This document shows positions 27,051 to 35,023 of a stretch of DNA of 64,000 bases, one piece after another. Positions within the stretch are counted from its first letter, which is position 1; each line of letters starts with the position of its first letter. This DNA comes from a virus. The notes below the pieces were generated by a model. That model made no database searches. It saw only the letters and a list, made by a program, of their open reading frames with translations, and was not told the origin of the DNA. The stretch is from the IMG/VR virus record IMGVR_UViG_3300027746_000020, positions 7,704-71,703 of that record. One strand, 5' to 3'. The translations under genes were made by a program, and so were the position numbers.

Positions 27051-28385
27051 TCAGCGCTTGCGAGAAGCGGTGAGGGGTTTCTGCCAGTCCTGGGTGATCT
27101 TGCTGGCGTAGCCATCCGATGCGACAGCAGCGTCCTTGCGTTGGACGCCCCGCAGGGCGGTGCGGAGGCGACCAGTGGAATCGCCTGCGGCGTCAGAACG
27201 GGATTTCTGCGAAGACGCGGGCTCGGGGGCAGGCTCCTCTTCGTCGTCGGAGTCGAGGGTGGCGAGGGCGCCTTCTACGCGGCCCCGCATCAGCTCGATG
27301 GACATGTCATCGTCGGGAGCTTCGCCGAAGATGTTCTCGTAGGCGGAGAGGTAAAGCTCGTCATCTTCGATGCCGTCAAAGACGAAGTCGTCTTCAAAGG
27401 CGGGGGCAAGGCGGCGGAGGGTGTCCAGTCGAGCGGAAACCAGTGCGTCGATTCGCTCAGCGGGGATCTGGGCGAGGAGGGCTTCGATGTTGTCTTCGTC
27501 GAGCTTAATTTCCCCGGCTTCACCACCTTCGTCGAGAACGGCTTGGAGGCCATCGGCGCGACCCTCGGCGGCTTCCTTCTCGTCCTGAAGCTCGCTGAAA
27601 TCAGCTTTGATGGTGTTCAGTTCTTCAGCCAGCTCGGTATTGGTCGAGCGAAGATCACTGATCTCCTTCGCACTGTCACGCACGAAAGCTTGAATGAGGG
27701 GAGCGACGTCGGAGGCGACATCAACGTCGACCCCATCGAGCTTGATGCGAACAGTGGACATGGCGGCGATTGCGGGGGTTACGGACTCGGGGGGATCGAG
27801 AAGTTCCTGGTCAAAAGATACTGCGGAGGTGGAGTCGAGCCTGTCGAGCAGTAGACGGACTTCCGGGCCAGCCCTCCCCTTGGGGACGATGGCGATGTGA
27901 TTGACGCGAATGTTGCGTTGGACACCGTCGTAGGCTTCGCCGGAGGGCGTTTTGCCAGGGGTGGGGTCGTAATCGACCCGGTATCCGGCGGAGACCTCCA
28001 CTGCGTGATCAGCGGAGTCTTTGCGTTGGATGTTGTCGATGGCCTTTTTGTCTGTGACAAGAAGGGCGACTTCAACGAAGCCGTCGCTGAAGCGGACTTG
28101 GGAGCCAGCGTGGCCTACCTGGAACATCTTGGTGTTCTCCGCGTCAAGGAGGACGGGCGGATGTTTCCAGGTGACCGGCTTCATGCCGAAGGAGCCGAGA
28201 GTCTCGGGTTTGGAGACTTCGGAATCCGGGCGGTATTCGGTGGCGATGGAGCCATCAGCGCGGCGGTATCGCTGGGTTCCGGTACGAGCGGCGCGGCACC
28301 AGACCTTGAGGTAACCCGTTTCCGGGTCGATTTCGCTGCCCGTGATGGGGACGGAGGCGAAGTCGTAGCGGGTGGCTTCGGTCAT
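27051..28385 (-). CDS. prohead protease-scaffold (DUF2213-like)
   Basis: GYL.....ARTG.Q.Y, PVT..HP, EVSAGY, YD.VQRNIRVNHIAIV.KGRAG plus acidic coiled-coil tail. Confidence 0.9.
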   Translation of the reverse strand: MTEATRYDFASVPITGSEIDPETGYLKVWCRAARTGTQRYRRADGSIATEYRPDSEVSKPETLGSFGMKPVTWKHPPVLLDAENTKMFQVGHAGSQVRFSDGFVEVALLVTDKKAIDNIQRKDSADHAVEVSAGYRVDYDPTPGKTPSGEAYDGVQRNIRVNHIAIVPKGRAGPEVRLLLDRLDSTSAVSFDQELLDPPESVTPAIAAMSTVRIKLDGVDVDVASDVAPLIQAFVRDSAKEISDLRSTNTELAEELNTIKADFSELQDEKEAAEGRADGLQAVLDEGGEAGEIKLDEDNIEALLAQIPAERIDALVSARLDTLRRLAPAFEDDFVFDGIEDDELYLSAYENIFGEAPDDDMSIELMRGRVEGALATLDSDDEEEPAPEPASSQKSRSDAAGDSTGRLRTALRGVQRKDAAVASDGYASKITQDWQKPLTASRKR

Positions 28386-28418
28386 GCGCCAGTTTACGGC
28401 TGGCGTTTAACCTCATCG

Positions 28419-29558
28419 TTAATCTTCCCAGTCACCTGGAACATAACTAGGGATAGGGATGTGTCGAACTCTGGCTTGCGGGCGTGCTCGACGTTTAGCT
28501 AGAGTTCGCAATGGTTGATTACTGTCCTTGGCAAGCGCAATCGCGAGACTGTTGTAGTAGCCAGTGACTAGCTTGTCTGCAATATCAGTATCGTAGTCTT
28601 TTAATAGTATTTGCAGGTTAAATTGCTTGTCCTTCCATCGGCTTAAAAACACATCCGCTTCATAACCGTGCATACCTACACGGTATGGGACCTGGAACAT
28701 TTCTTGAATGAAGTAGCCTGGATTTTCTGTGTTGAATTCAGCCGAGCCAAAGTCAATAAGCTTAATGTCTTTAGTCTTAGGGTTGAACAATATGTTTTTA
28801 AGGTGTGCGTCATTATGCGCAATGCCTGCAGTATGTAGTGTTCTGTACATACCCAACATTTTCTGCTTAACCTCGTACGGTGCGGTTGGGTGTAGATTAA
28901 AGAATGAGCTGGCGTTCGCCCATTTCTGTTTGTATATCTGCGTATAACCGTCCAAATGCTCTGTCACCAGTGTTGCGTCTGTCACTTTGTGCAATCTTGG
29001 ACTCGGGACACCATTTCTATTGGCATACAGCAACATTTCGCCCTCGGGGAGGAGGCTATCCCTACCCGCTCTAAAGGCGGCCGTAGGTTCGTCACCGTCA
29101 TTGTGTAAATACTTGATTCCGTACTTTTTCGATGGGTGGACAACATAATGTCCATACGCCCCTTCACCTACTAGACAGCGAGGGAAGGGTTCAAAAGCAT
29201 CTTCTCTAATCCAGTTGTCGATCTTAGACGCGGCACAAGCAATGCGCTTGTCGCGTTTGTTCTCCTCAAAGACATCCCACTTCTTCCCACCATGCCGCGC
29301 CTCGCGCTCGATCCGGTCCCAGTCCTCGCCGGGGGAGGAGAAGCCCTTCCAGTTGGGATCGCGGCGGCCCCAGCGGCGACGGGCGGCGAAGCCAAGGGTG
29401 GCTACGCCTGCGATCGCTCCTGCCCCGAGGGCGACTTTGCCGATCAGGCTCGGGGTGATGCGGGAAGTTGTCTTCTTAGAGCACTTCTTGTTGTCGGCGA
29501 TGCCGGATTTCCCGCACTTCTTGTCGAGGCGAACCCTCGCTGCGGTCAGCAGTTCCAT
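28419..29558 (-). CDS. Ser/Thr-type protein kinase with N-terminal RLD/Cys module
   Basis: VGEGAYG Gly-loop, YGIKY, HNDAHLKNILF catalytic loop, KLIDFG. Confidence 0.88.
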   Translation of the reverse strand: MELLTAARVRLDKKCGKSGIADNKKCSKKTTSRITPSLIGKVALGAGAIAGVATLGFAARRRWGRRDPNWKGFSSPGEDWDRIEREARHGGKKWDVFEENKRDKRIACAASKIDNWIREDAFEPFPRCLVGEGAYGHYVVHPSKKYGIKYLHNDGDEPTAAFRAGRDSLLPEGEMLLYANRNGVPSPRLHKVTDATLVTEHLDGYTQIYKQKWANASSFFNLHPTAPYEVKQKMLGMYRTLHTAGIAHNDAHLKNILFNPKTKDIKLIDFGSAEFNTENPGYFIQEMFQVPYRVGMHGYEADVFLSRWKDKQFNLQILLKDYDTDIADKLVTGYYNSLAIALAKDSNQPLRTLAKRRARPQARVRHIPIPSYVPGDWED

Positions 29559-29857
29559 TTTCTCAACGACTTGTTAATCCGCGAATCGGGATCATTCGCG
29601 GTCTTCGCGCTGGTGAGCTTCCGCTTCATCCCCGACATGCGGGAGCAGAAGGCTTTCCTGCGCTTCGCTTTCTTGGAGTCTGGGCTGAGCTTGGAGGGGT
29701 CGGTTGTCACCGCCAGGGAGAGCTTGGAGCCTGGATTCTCCCGGCGGTAAGCGGCGATGCCCTTGGCGTTCAGGCCGCCCTCGGGGTTCTTGCCTTCCTT
29801 GCGTTGCCAGGCGGGAGACTTGTTGTCGAGGCGGATGGTGAGGGGTGTGAGTTTCAT
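29546..29857 (-). CDS. small basic protein (DUF6321-like) with IRLD leader
   Basis: SPAWQRKEGKNPEGGLNAKG...RRKAFCSRM...SRINKSLRKWNC, a conserved phage family recognised from memory. Confidence 0.75.
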   Translation of the reverse strand: MKLTPLTIRLDNKSPAWQRKEGKNPEGGLNAKGIAAYRRENPGSKLSLAVTTDPSKLSPDSKKAKRRKAFCSRMSGMKRKLTSAKTANDPDSRINKSLRKWNC

Positions 29858-31254
29858 CTGCCTCTCGCCTGCCTATGGTGCCGCACCTTGAACACAGCTC
29901 GCTTCGCGGCAGCATAAACACTGCCGACATCCTGCCCATAGCCTTTACCGAGTGTCGTGACATTCCGCTTGAAGTTCTTCGCGGACATCGCCGCGTTAGC
30001 TGCGTTCTTCGCAGCCTGCGCTCGATTGCCCATGGCGATGTTGCCCAAGGCGAAGCCTCCGTGCATCACGGGCTCACCCAGGCCAGCGGCGGCGGCCCGC
30101 ATGTTGGCTCGCTTGTGGAACAGGGCGGTGCCGACTAGGCCAGCCCCAGCGATGACAGCTCCTGCCTTGAGGGCTTTCACTGGTTTGTTCCACGATGCGC
30201 GGCATCGGTGGTTCTTGGGGATGCAGGCATTACCACAGGGCTTGGAGTTGGGGCCGCATTTGAGCTTCTTGTCGTTGCCAACGAAAGCGTCTTTGCGTTT
30301 GCCTTTGAGGAGAACACCAGCAACTAGGGCCCCACTAACCGCAGCCGCCCCAGCCACAACTTTAGTGCGTAGCTTACGTTTTGCCGTAATCCTGCCTACT
30401 TCTTCCAATTCCGCATACTCCGGCTGCTTACGCGCAAACTTCACCCAGTCATCCATATCTTCTTCGTTGGTTATTCGTTTGCCGTAACGCTTTTGCATAT
30501 CTGCTACTAACTGCTTTCTGTGAATATCAAGTTGAGCATTCGTAGCTTTGTGTAGATCCGACGTCACTCCAGTCGGCTGCCCTTTACCTTTATGACACTT
30601 CTCACCAGGAGATACGCCACTACCGCCGCACTTAACATCCAAACGTGAAGTGGCGTCCTTGCGCTTCACGCCTCTAGCGGGCTTCCTGTATCCAGGCTCC
30701 TGCTTACGCCTTGCAGCTTCCATGGTTAGCTGCGCTGTACGCAACAGCGACCGTCGCTTCCCTCCTTCGCTTGATTCCCGCATCAATCCTGCAGTCAGCT
30801 TGAGCGGAGGTTTGCGGTAACCCGGTTCTTGCTTGCGCCTGGCAGCTTCCATGGCCAACATCGCCTTGCGGCGAAGGGATCTCCTCTTTATGTCCCTGAC
30901 CATCCCATTTGACCCTTCAGACGTAAACTTCATCGAAGGCTTGACTGAAGTTGCTTTGTGGACAACTTCAGTCACACCCTTTTGAGCAGCTCGTCGCACC
31001 GCCTCGGGGGCGTTGAGGATCTGCTTGCGGGAGGAGGTCATGGTCAGGCCAGCCCCGAGAGCGGTCGCACCGGCTACGGCAGCACCGATGGCGAGCTTCC
31101 GTCCGCGAGAGGAGCCGGGTTTCGGGCTCGGGGGAGCGGGGGCTTGGGCGCTGTTGTTGGGGGTGCCTACGCCTTTGTGACACTTCTTGCCTTGGGCAAT
31201 GTGCCCGGAACCGCACTTGAGGTCGAGGCGGAGTTGACCTGCAGTGAGGGTCAT
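29854..31254 (-). CDS. basic modular protein with three C-G-x3-[IV]-x5-C modules
   Basis: CGSGHIAQGKKC, CGGSGVSPGEKC, CGNACIPKNHRC, each followed by a Gly/Ala hydrophobic helix. Confidence 0.8.
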   Translation of the reverse strand: MTLTAGQLRLDLKCGSGHIAQGKKCHKGVGTPNNSAQAPAPPSPKPGSSRGRKLAIGAAVAGATALGAGLTMTSSRKQILNAPEAVRRAAQKGVTEVVHKATSVKPSMKFTSEGSNGMVRDIKRRSLRRKAMLAMEAARRKQEPGYRKPPLKLTAGLMRESSEGGKRRSLLRTAQLTMEAARRKQEPGYRKPARGVKRKDATSRLDVKCGGSGVSPGEKCHKGKGQPTGVTSDLHKATNAQLDIHRKQLVADMQKRYGKRITNEEDMDDWVKFARKQPEYAELEEVGRITAKRKLRTKVVAGAAAVSGALVAGVLLKGKRKDAFVGNDKKLKCGPNSKPCGNACIPKNHRCRASWNKPVKALKAGAVIAGAGLVGTALFHKRANMRAAAAGLGEPVMHGGFALGNIAMGNRAQAAKNAANAAMSAKNFKRNVTTLGKGYGQDVGSVYAAAKRAVFKVRHHRQARGR

Positions 31255-31257
31255 TGG

Positions 31258-32256
31258 TTATTTACCCCCGGCCCGTTTGCGCCATGCGGCTGCCCGAGCA
31301 TTTGTGAACTCCCTTTCGGCAGCGGTGGTCTTCCGATCAGGTGCAGGCCCAGAAGAACCCCTGAGTAGACCAGCCGGCACAGCTCTTGCAGTGGTGTTGA
31401 CGCTCCCCTTGCGCTGACTCCAGCGCCGGGACGGCCCTTCGGGGTTACCGGCGGCGCGGGCTGCTGCGGAGTATTCCTCGTTGGACATATTGCGATAACG
31501 GTTGCTCCTTTTGGTCTGAGCCCGCTTAAATCCAGTTACTGCTCCTTGCCTCATCCTCTCGAGATCCCCACCCAACACAGCACGACCCCCTGAATACGCA
31601 AGATTGACTACGGCACGGTTAAGCCCGCTATTTTGGAGTTTCGTATTGCCTGTAGCTTTACCTTCAGCGATGTTACCTACGCCCTGAAGAGCACCGAAGC
31701 CGCTAGCGGCATAGCCGTATGCTTTAGCTTTATGCCGATTACCTTTAATCGCATGCTCAAAGGACTTAATAGCGGACGCAGCGCTCGCAATTCGCGAACC
31801 GATTCCCAGAGCCCTGCCCCCATATTCTTGCAATTTACTGCCAGTACCCCCTTTAGGGGTTCTTCTCGCCATTCCACCAGCACCAGACCTGCACTTCTTC
31901 CCACGACCGATGTACCCATTACCGCACTTCGTACCCTGCCCTTTGCCAGCAGTCGCCATGGCATCGAGCCTTGCGCGGATGTAGCTCTTGCTGCGGTCCT
32001 GAATTCCCAGATCGCATGCGTCGAGGTACTCCATGGGAGTGAGCGCAGCGTCCATCTTCCCCCCTTTGTCACAGCCACAGGAGCCTTTCTTCTTCCCCTT
32101 CTTCGCGCATTTCGCGCAGGGCTTCTTCCCATGCGGAGCATCGTCGTACTCGGGGCCCTCGCCCTTCTCCATCATCGGAGACTCGGATTTCTCTTCGGCA
32201 GCGCTGCCCTCGGCGGCCTTCCTACCCTTCTTCGTAAACGATGCAGGAATTGGCAT
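31258..32256 (-). CDS. basic Cys-rich protein with one C-G-x3-I-x5-C module
   Basis: ARLD...CGNGYIGRGKKC; additional CAKC...CGC cluster. Confidence 0.78.
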   Translation of the reverse strand: MPIPASFTKKGRKAAEGSAAEEKSESPMMEKGEGPEYDDAPHGKKPCAKCAKKGKKKGSCGCDKGGKMDAALTPMEYLDACDLGIQDRSKSYIRARLDAMATAGKGQGTKCGNGYIGRGKKCRSGAGGMARRTPKGGTGSKLQEYGGRALGIGSRIASAASAIKSFEHAIKGNRHKAKAYGYAASGFGALQGVGNIAEGKATGNTKLQNSGLNRAVVNLAYSGGRAVLGGDLERMRQGAVTGFKRAQTKRSNRYRNMSNEEYSAAARAAGNPEGPSRRWSQRKGSVNTTARAVPAGLLRGSSGPAPDRKTTAAEREFTNARAAAWRKRAGGK

Positions 32257-32281
32257 GGCCTAGAGGGAGGACTTCGTCTCC

Positions 32282-32863
32282 TCAGGCTACCGCTGGGGTT
32301 GAGGGAAGGATCCTGTGGACCCATGCACTCTTTAGCTTGTAGTCAGGCTGACTGTTGTACTTCCGTGCCGAATCCCAACGGCTGACACCAGCTACGCAAG
32401 CGGCGTAAATGATGTTGACTGAGTAGAACCCGTCGTAGAAATTCACTCCAGGGTTATTGTAACGCCAGAGAGCACCGTCGAACTCCGACCAGGGATCTTT
32501 GACGTCGAAGGAATAGGTGCCATTGGTCGGCTCCTTTACCCCATCGAGAGCGATCACATGGCCGGAACCGGTGAACCAGCCATGGGTGATCAGGAATTCC
32601 CCGGCCTTCAGGTAGCCGACAATGTCATTGAGCGAGGCGGCGGGGTTGTAAATGTACCGCTTACCGACAAAGCCTTTGAGGACCACACCCATGTTAGCGG
32701 GACTTCCTGCTTCACCAGGGAGCCGGTCCAGCTTGCGGCGAATACCGATGACGTCCGCATCGCCAACTGCCATTGCGATACACGCCGATTGGCATGTGTA
32801 GGGGTCAGGCTGGGAGAGATTAAGCGCGTGAACTGCAGTCTTCCATTCTTTTGCGATGGGCAT
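32282..32863 (-). CDS. papain-like (C39-like) cysteine peptidase, candidate endolysin
   Basis: Q....TCQSACIAM, SGHVIALDG, V.DPW catalytic pattern; start MPIAKE at 32863; adjacent to holin-like gene. Confidence 0.75.
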   Translation of the reverse strand: MPIAKEWKTAVHALNLSQPDPYTCQSACIAMAVGDADVIGIRRKLDRLPGEAGSPANMGVVLKGFVGKRYIYNPAASLNDIVGYLKAGEFLITHGWFTGSGHVIALDGVKEPTNGTYSFDVKDPWSEFDGALWRYNNPGVNFYDGFYSVNIIYAACVAGVSRWDSARKYNSQPDYKLKSAWVHRILPSTPAVA

Positions 32864-32865
32864 GA

Positions 32866-33093
32866 TCAGCGGCTCCGCAGTAACATGGTGATAACAGACA
32901 GAAGCTGACCGATTTGTTGGTAGATCGCGTTCGCCTTGATTGCGGGAATCGCTGCAAGACCTTCGGAATAGAAGGTGGTGAACGCAAAAAACAGGACGAG
33001 CCAGTTGATCGTGTCGGTAGTCGCGGCTGACGCTGCAAGCGGAATGCAGACAGCCACCAAGGCTGGGAGGGATACAAGGGTGGCGAGCTTCAT
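32866..33093 (-). CDS. holin-like membrane protein
   Basis: 75 aa, hydrophobic segments, SEGLAAIPAIKANAIYQ motif, basic C-terminus. Confidence 0.65.
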   Translation of the reverse strand: MKLATLVSLPALVAVCIPLAASAATTDTINWLVLFFAFTTFYSEGLAAIPAIKANAIYQQIGQLLSVITMLLRSR

Positions 33094-33190
33094 GAGGACG
33101 CAAGCGATGCGCTCAGGCTATCTGCGGGAGGTAGCCTCCCAGTTACGAAATAGGGTGCAGGCTCGGGGGCAAATACAGCGGGCTTGTGGT

Positions 33191-35023
33191 CTAGGCCAGG
33201 ACGCCAGCACCTCCAGTAAGCCCAATACGGGCGATCAAGCTACCAATAGCTTTGGCGTTATACGCTGCAGTGTGCTTATCTGCAAAAGCTTCAGTTCGTC
33301 CGGCAGAGGATGCAACTGACTGCTTGCCGCACTTGTGTACTTGCGGAATATAGCTTTCGCCACAGGGCTTTCCTTTCCCTGTGTCATAACGACTCAAAGT
33401 GCCTAAGTATGCTGCCATGTAGATATTAGACGGACGATCTACCTCATCTCCCCTCCGAGACGCTCTCGGGGATGGCGCGGTATCACCGATACTAAGCCTG
33501 GTGTAACCCTGCTGCCTAAGGTAATCGCGAGCGACATTAACACCGCTCATCGGATAACCTGCCATGTCTTCGGCAGCTGCCTGTATCACCCGTGCGGACG
33601 GAGTAGATACGCGGTTACCCATGACACTGGTGTCATAGCTGTACCGCTGGATAAACTCTGCATGACTAGGGCCTGCGATAGGGACATCACGCAATGCACC
33701 GGGCAGGCGCGTATGTAATACTTGCGCGTGAACAATGTTGACATGTTCGATTAGGTTACGCTGCTCAGGGCGAACCCGGTCACCGGGAAATACTGCGGCG
33801 TAATCCGCTAGCGCACGGAAATGGGAGTTGAACTGAGTTCGCGTATCGCTAAACACCCGAGCCGCGTCATTAGTGAAGTCGTGACCATCGGGTTTGTTGA
33901 TCAGTTGGCGAAGCTGTTCTCTTACCTGATTCTGAAACTGAACCGGGGCTCCGGCAAAGTCGCGGCGTACGGTTTGCTCAATATATTGAGAACGAGCCTC
34001 ATTCCGCCTACGCGGGCCGTCTCTGCCTGTAGCGTTGATATTGAATCCTTGGTTCATCGCATCCCGTTTCAATGCTTGGGATTGATTCGCCAAGGTTCCT
34101 GCCATGTGTCTTCTAAGAAACGCGACGTCATTAGCTAGACTACCTGTGCGTGTCCCTGCAAGGCCGTGTTGTTGGGAGAGGAAGCTATACGTAGCATCAT
34201 CGACAAACACGCTGCGACCGTCGACAGTAGTGTTCAAAACCGCTTCACGACTATTACGTTTCCAGTCGTCGAAGGACTGTCCTTCTCTTGCGGCTGCTTC
34301 CGCTGTTCTGTTAAGAGAGGCTAGAACATTGTTCCGCCCATTATGTCCGAGACCGCCGTTGCGGACGGTCTCGGGGACATCTGCCATCCGCTGGGTGAGA
34401 GCATCGGGCCCCCTGTTTTCCAGGTTGGAGACTCGATAGGCGACATGCATCCCTGCGCTTTGGGCTTGGGTTCGTTGCTGAGCACGAATGCCCCCGAGAC
34501 CGGGGATCCGATCCATGACTGCGGAGACACCGGCACGGACGGAATCGTCGAGCTGGCGGCCGGGACCACTGGCATAAGCAGGCCAGCCTCGCTTCATCAC
34601 GTTGTGGAGGGCAAAGCCTCCGGTGACCAGAGCGAGCCCGATGGTGAGGTTGCGGGTGTTCTTGTCGAGTGATTCGCGGACTTTCTTTTTCTTCTCAACA
34701 TCGCCGGGGATAGCTTTGACAATTCCGCGCTTGATGGCGCGGGTGCCGCCTTCCACTTCGGAAACATTGCCGGTAACTACGCCCTTGACAACACGCTTTG
34801 TGCCGCGCTGGATGTTGGCAGCACCGCTTAGTGGGTCGAAGTTTGAAGCGCGTTGGTGACTGTCATGACCTTCACCTTTAATCCGGCAGTCCCAATCTGC
34901 CGGAATACAGCGTCTACCGCACTGCTTGTTAGGTGGTTTACATTTAATTGTGCCTGAAGTCTTCCGCCTCGCATCAAGCCGCGTCTGGATAGCAAGAAAA
35001 GTCGCAGCGCGGGTATTGGTCAC
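33191..35023 (-). CDS. large basic protein with two C-G-x3-I-x5-C modules, in the position usually held by a minor head protein
   Basis: TRLD...CGRRCIPADWDC at N-terminus; SRYD...CGESYIPQVHKC near C-terminus. Confidence 0.8.
   Translation of the reverse strand: MTNTRAATFLAIQTRLDARRKTSGTIKCKPPNKQCGRRCIPADWDCRIKGEGHDSHQRASNFDPLSGAANIQRGTKRVVKGVVTGNVSEVEGGTRAIKRGIVKAIPGDVEKKKKVRESLDKNTRNLTIGLALVTGGFALHNVMKRGWPAYASGPGRQLDDSVRAGVSAVMDRIPGLGGIRAQQRTQAQSAGMHVAYRVSNLENRGPDALTQRMADVPETVRNGGLGHNGRNNVLASLNRTAEAAAREGQSFDDWKRNSREAVLNTTVDGRSVFVDDATYSFLSQQHGLAGTRTGSLANDVAFLRRHMAGTLANQSQALKRDAMNQGFNINATGRDGPRRRNEARSQYIEQTVRRDFAGAPVQFQNQVREQLRQLINKPDGHDFTNDAARVFSDTRTQFNSHFRALADYAAVFPGDRVRPEQRNLIEHVNIVHAQVLHTRLPGALRDVPIAGPSHAEFIQRYSYDTSVMGNRVSTPSARVIQAAAEDMAGYPMSGVNVARDYLRQQGYTRLSIGDTAPSPRASRRGDEVDRPSNIYMAAYLGTLSRYDTGKGKPCGESYIPQVHKCGKQSVASSAGRTEAFADKHTAAYNAKAIGSLIARIGLTGGAGVLA

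Noticed and set aside
25419-28502. Long plus-strand ORFs opposite capsid and protease genes
   Set aside because: Antisense shadows of high-GC3 genes
29409-29417. HIP1 (GCGATCGC) enrichment as a host signature
   Set aside because: Only sporadic occurrence noticed; no enrichment evident
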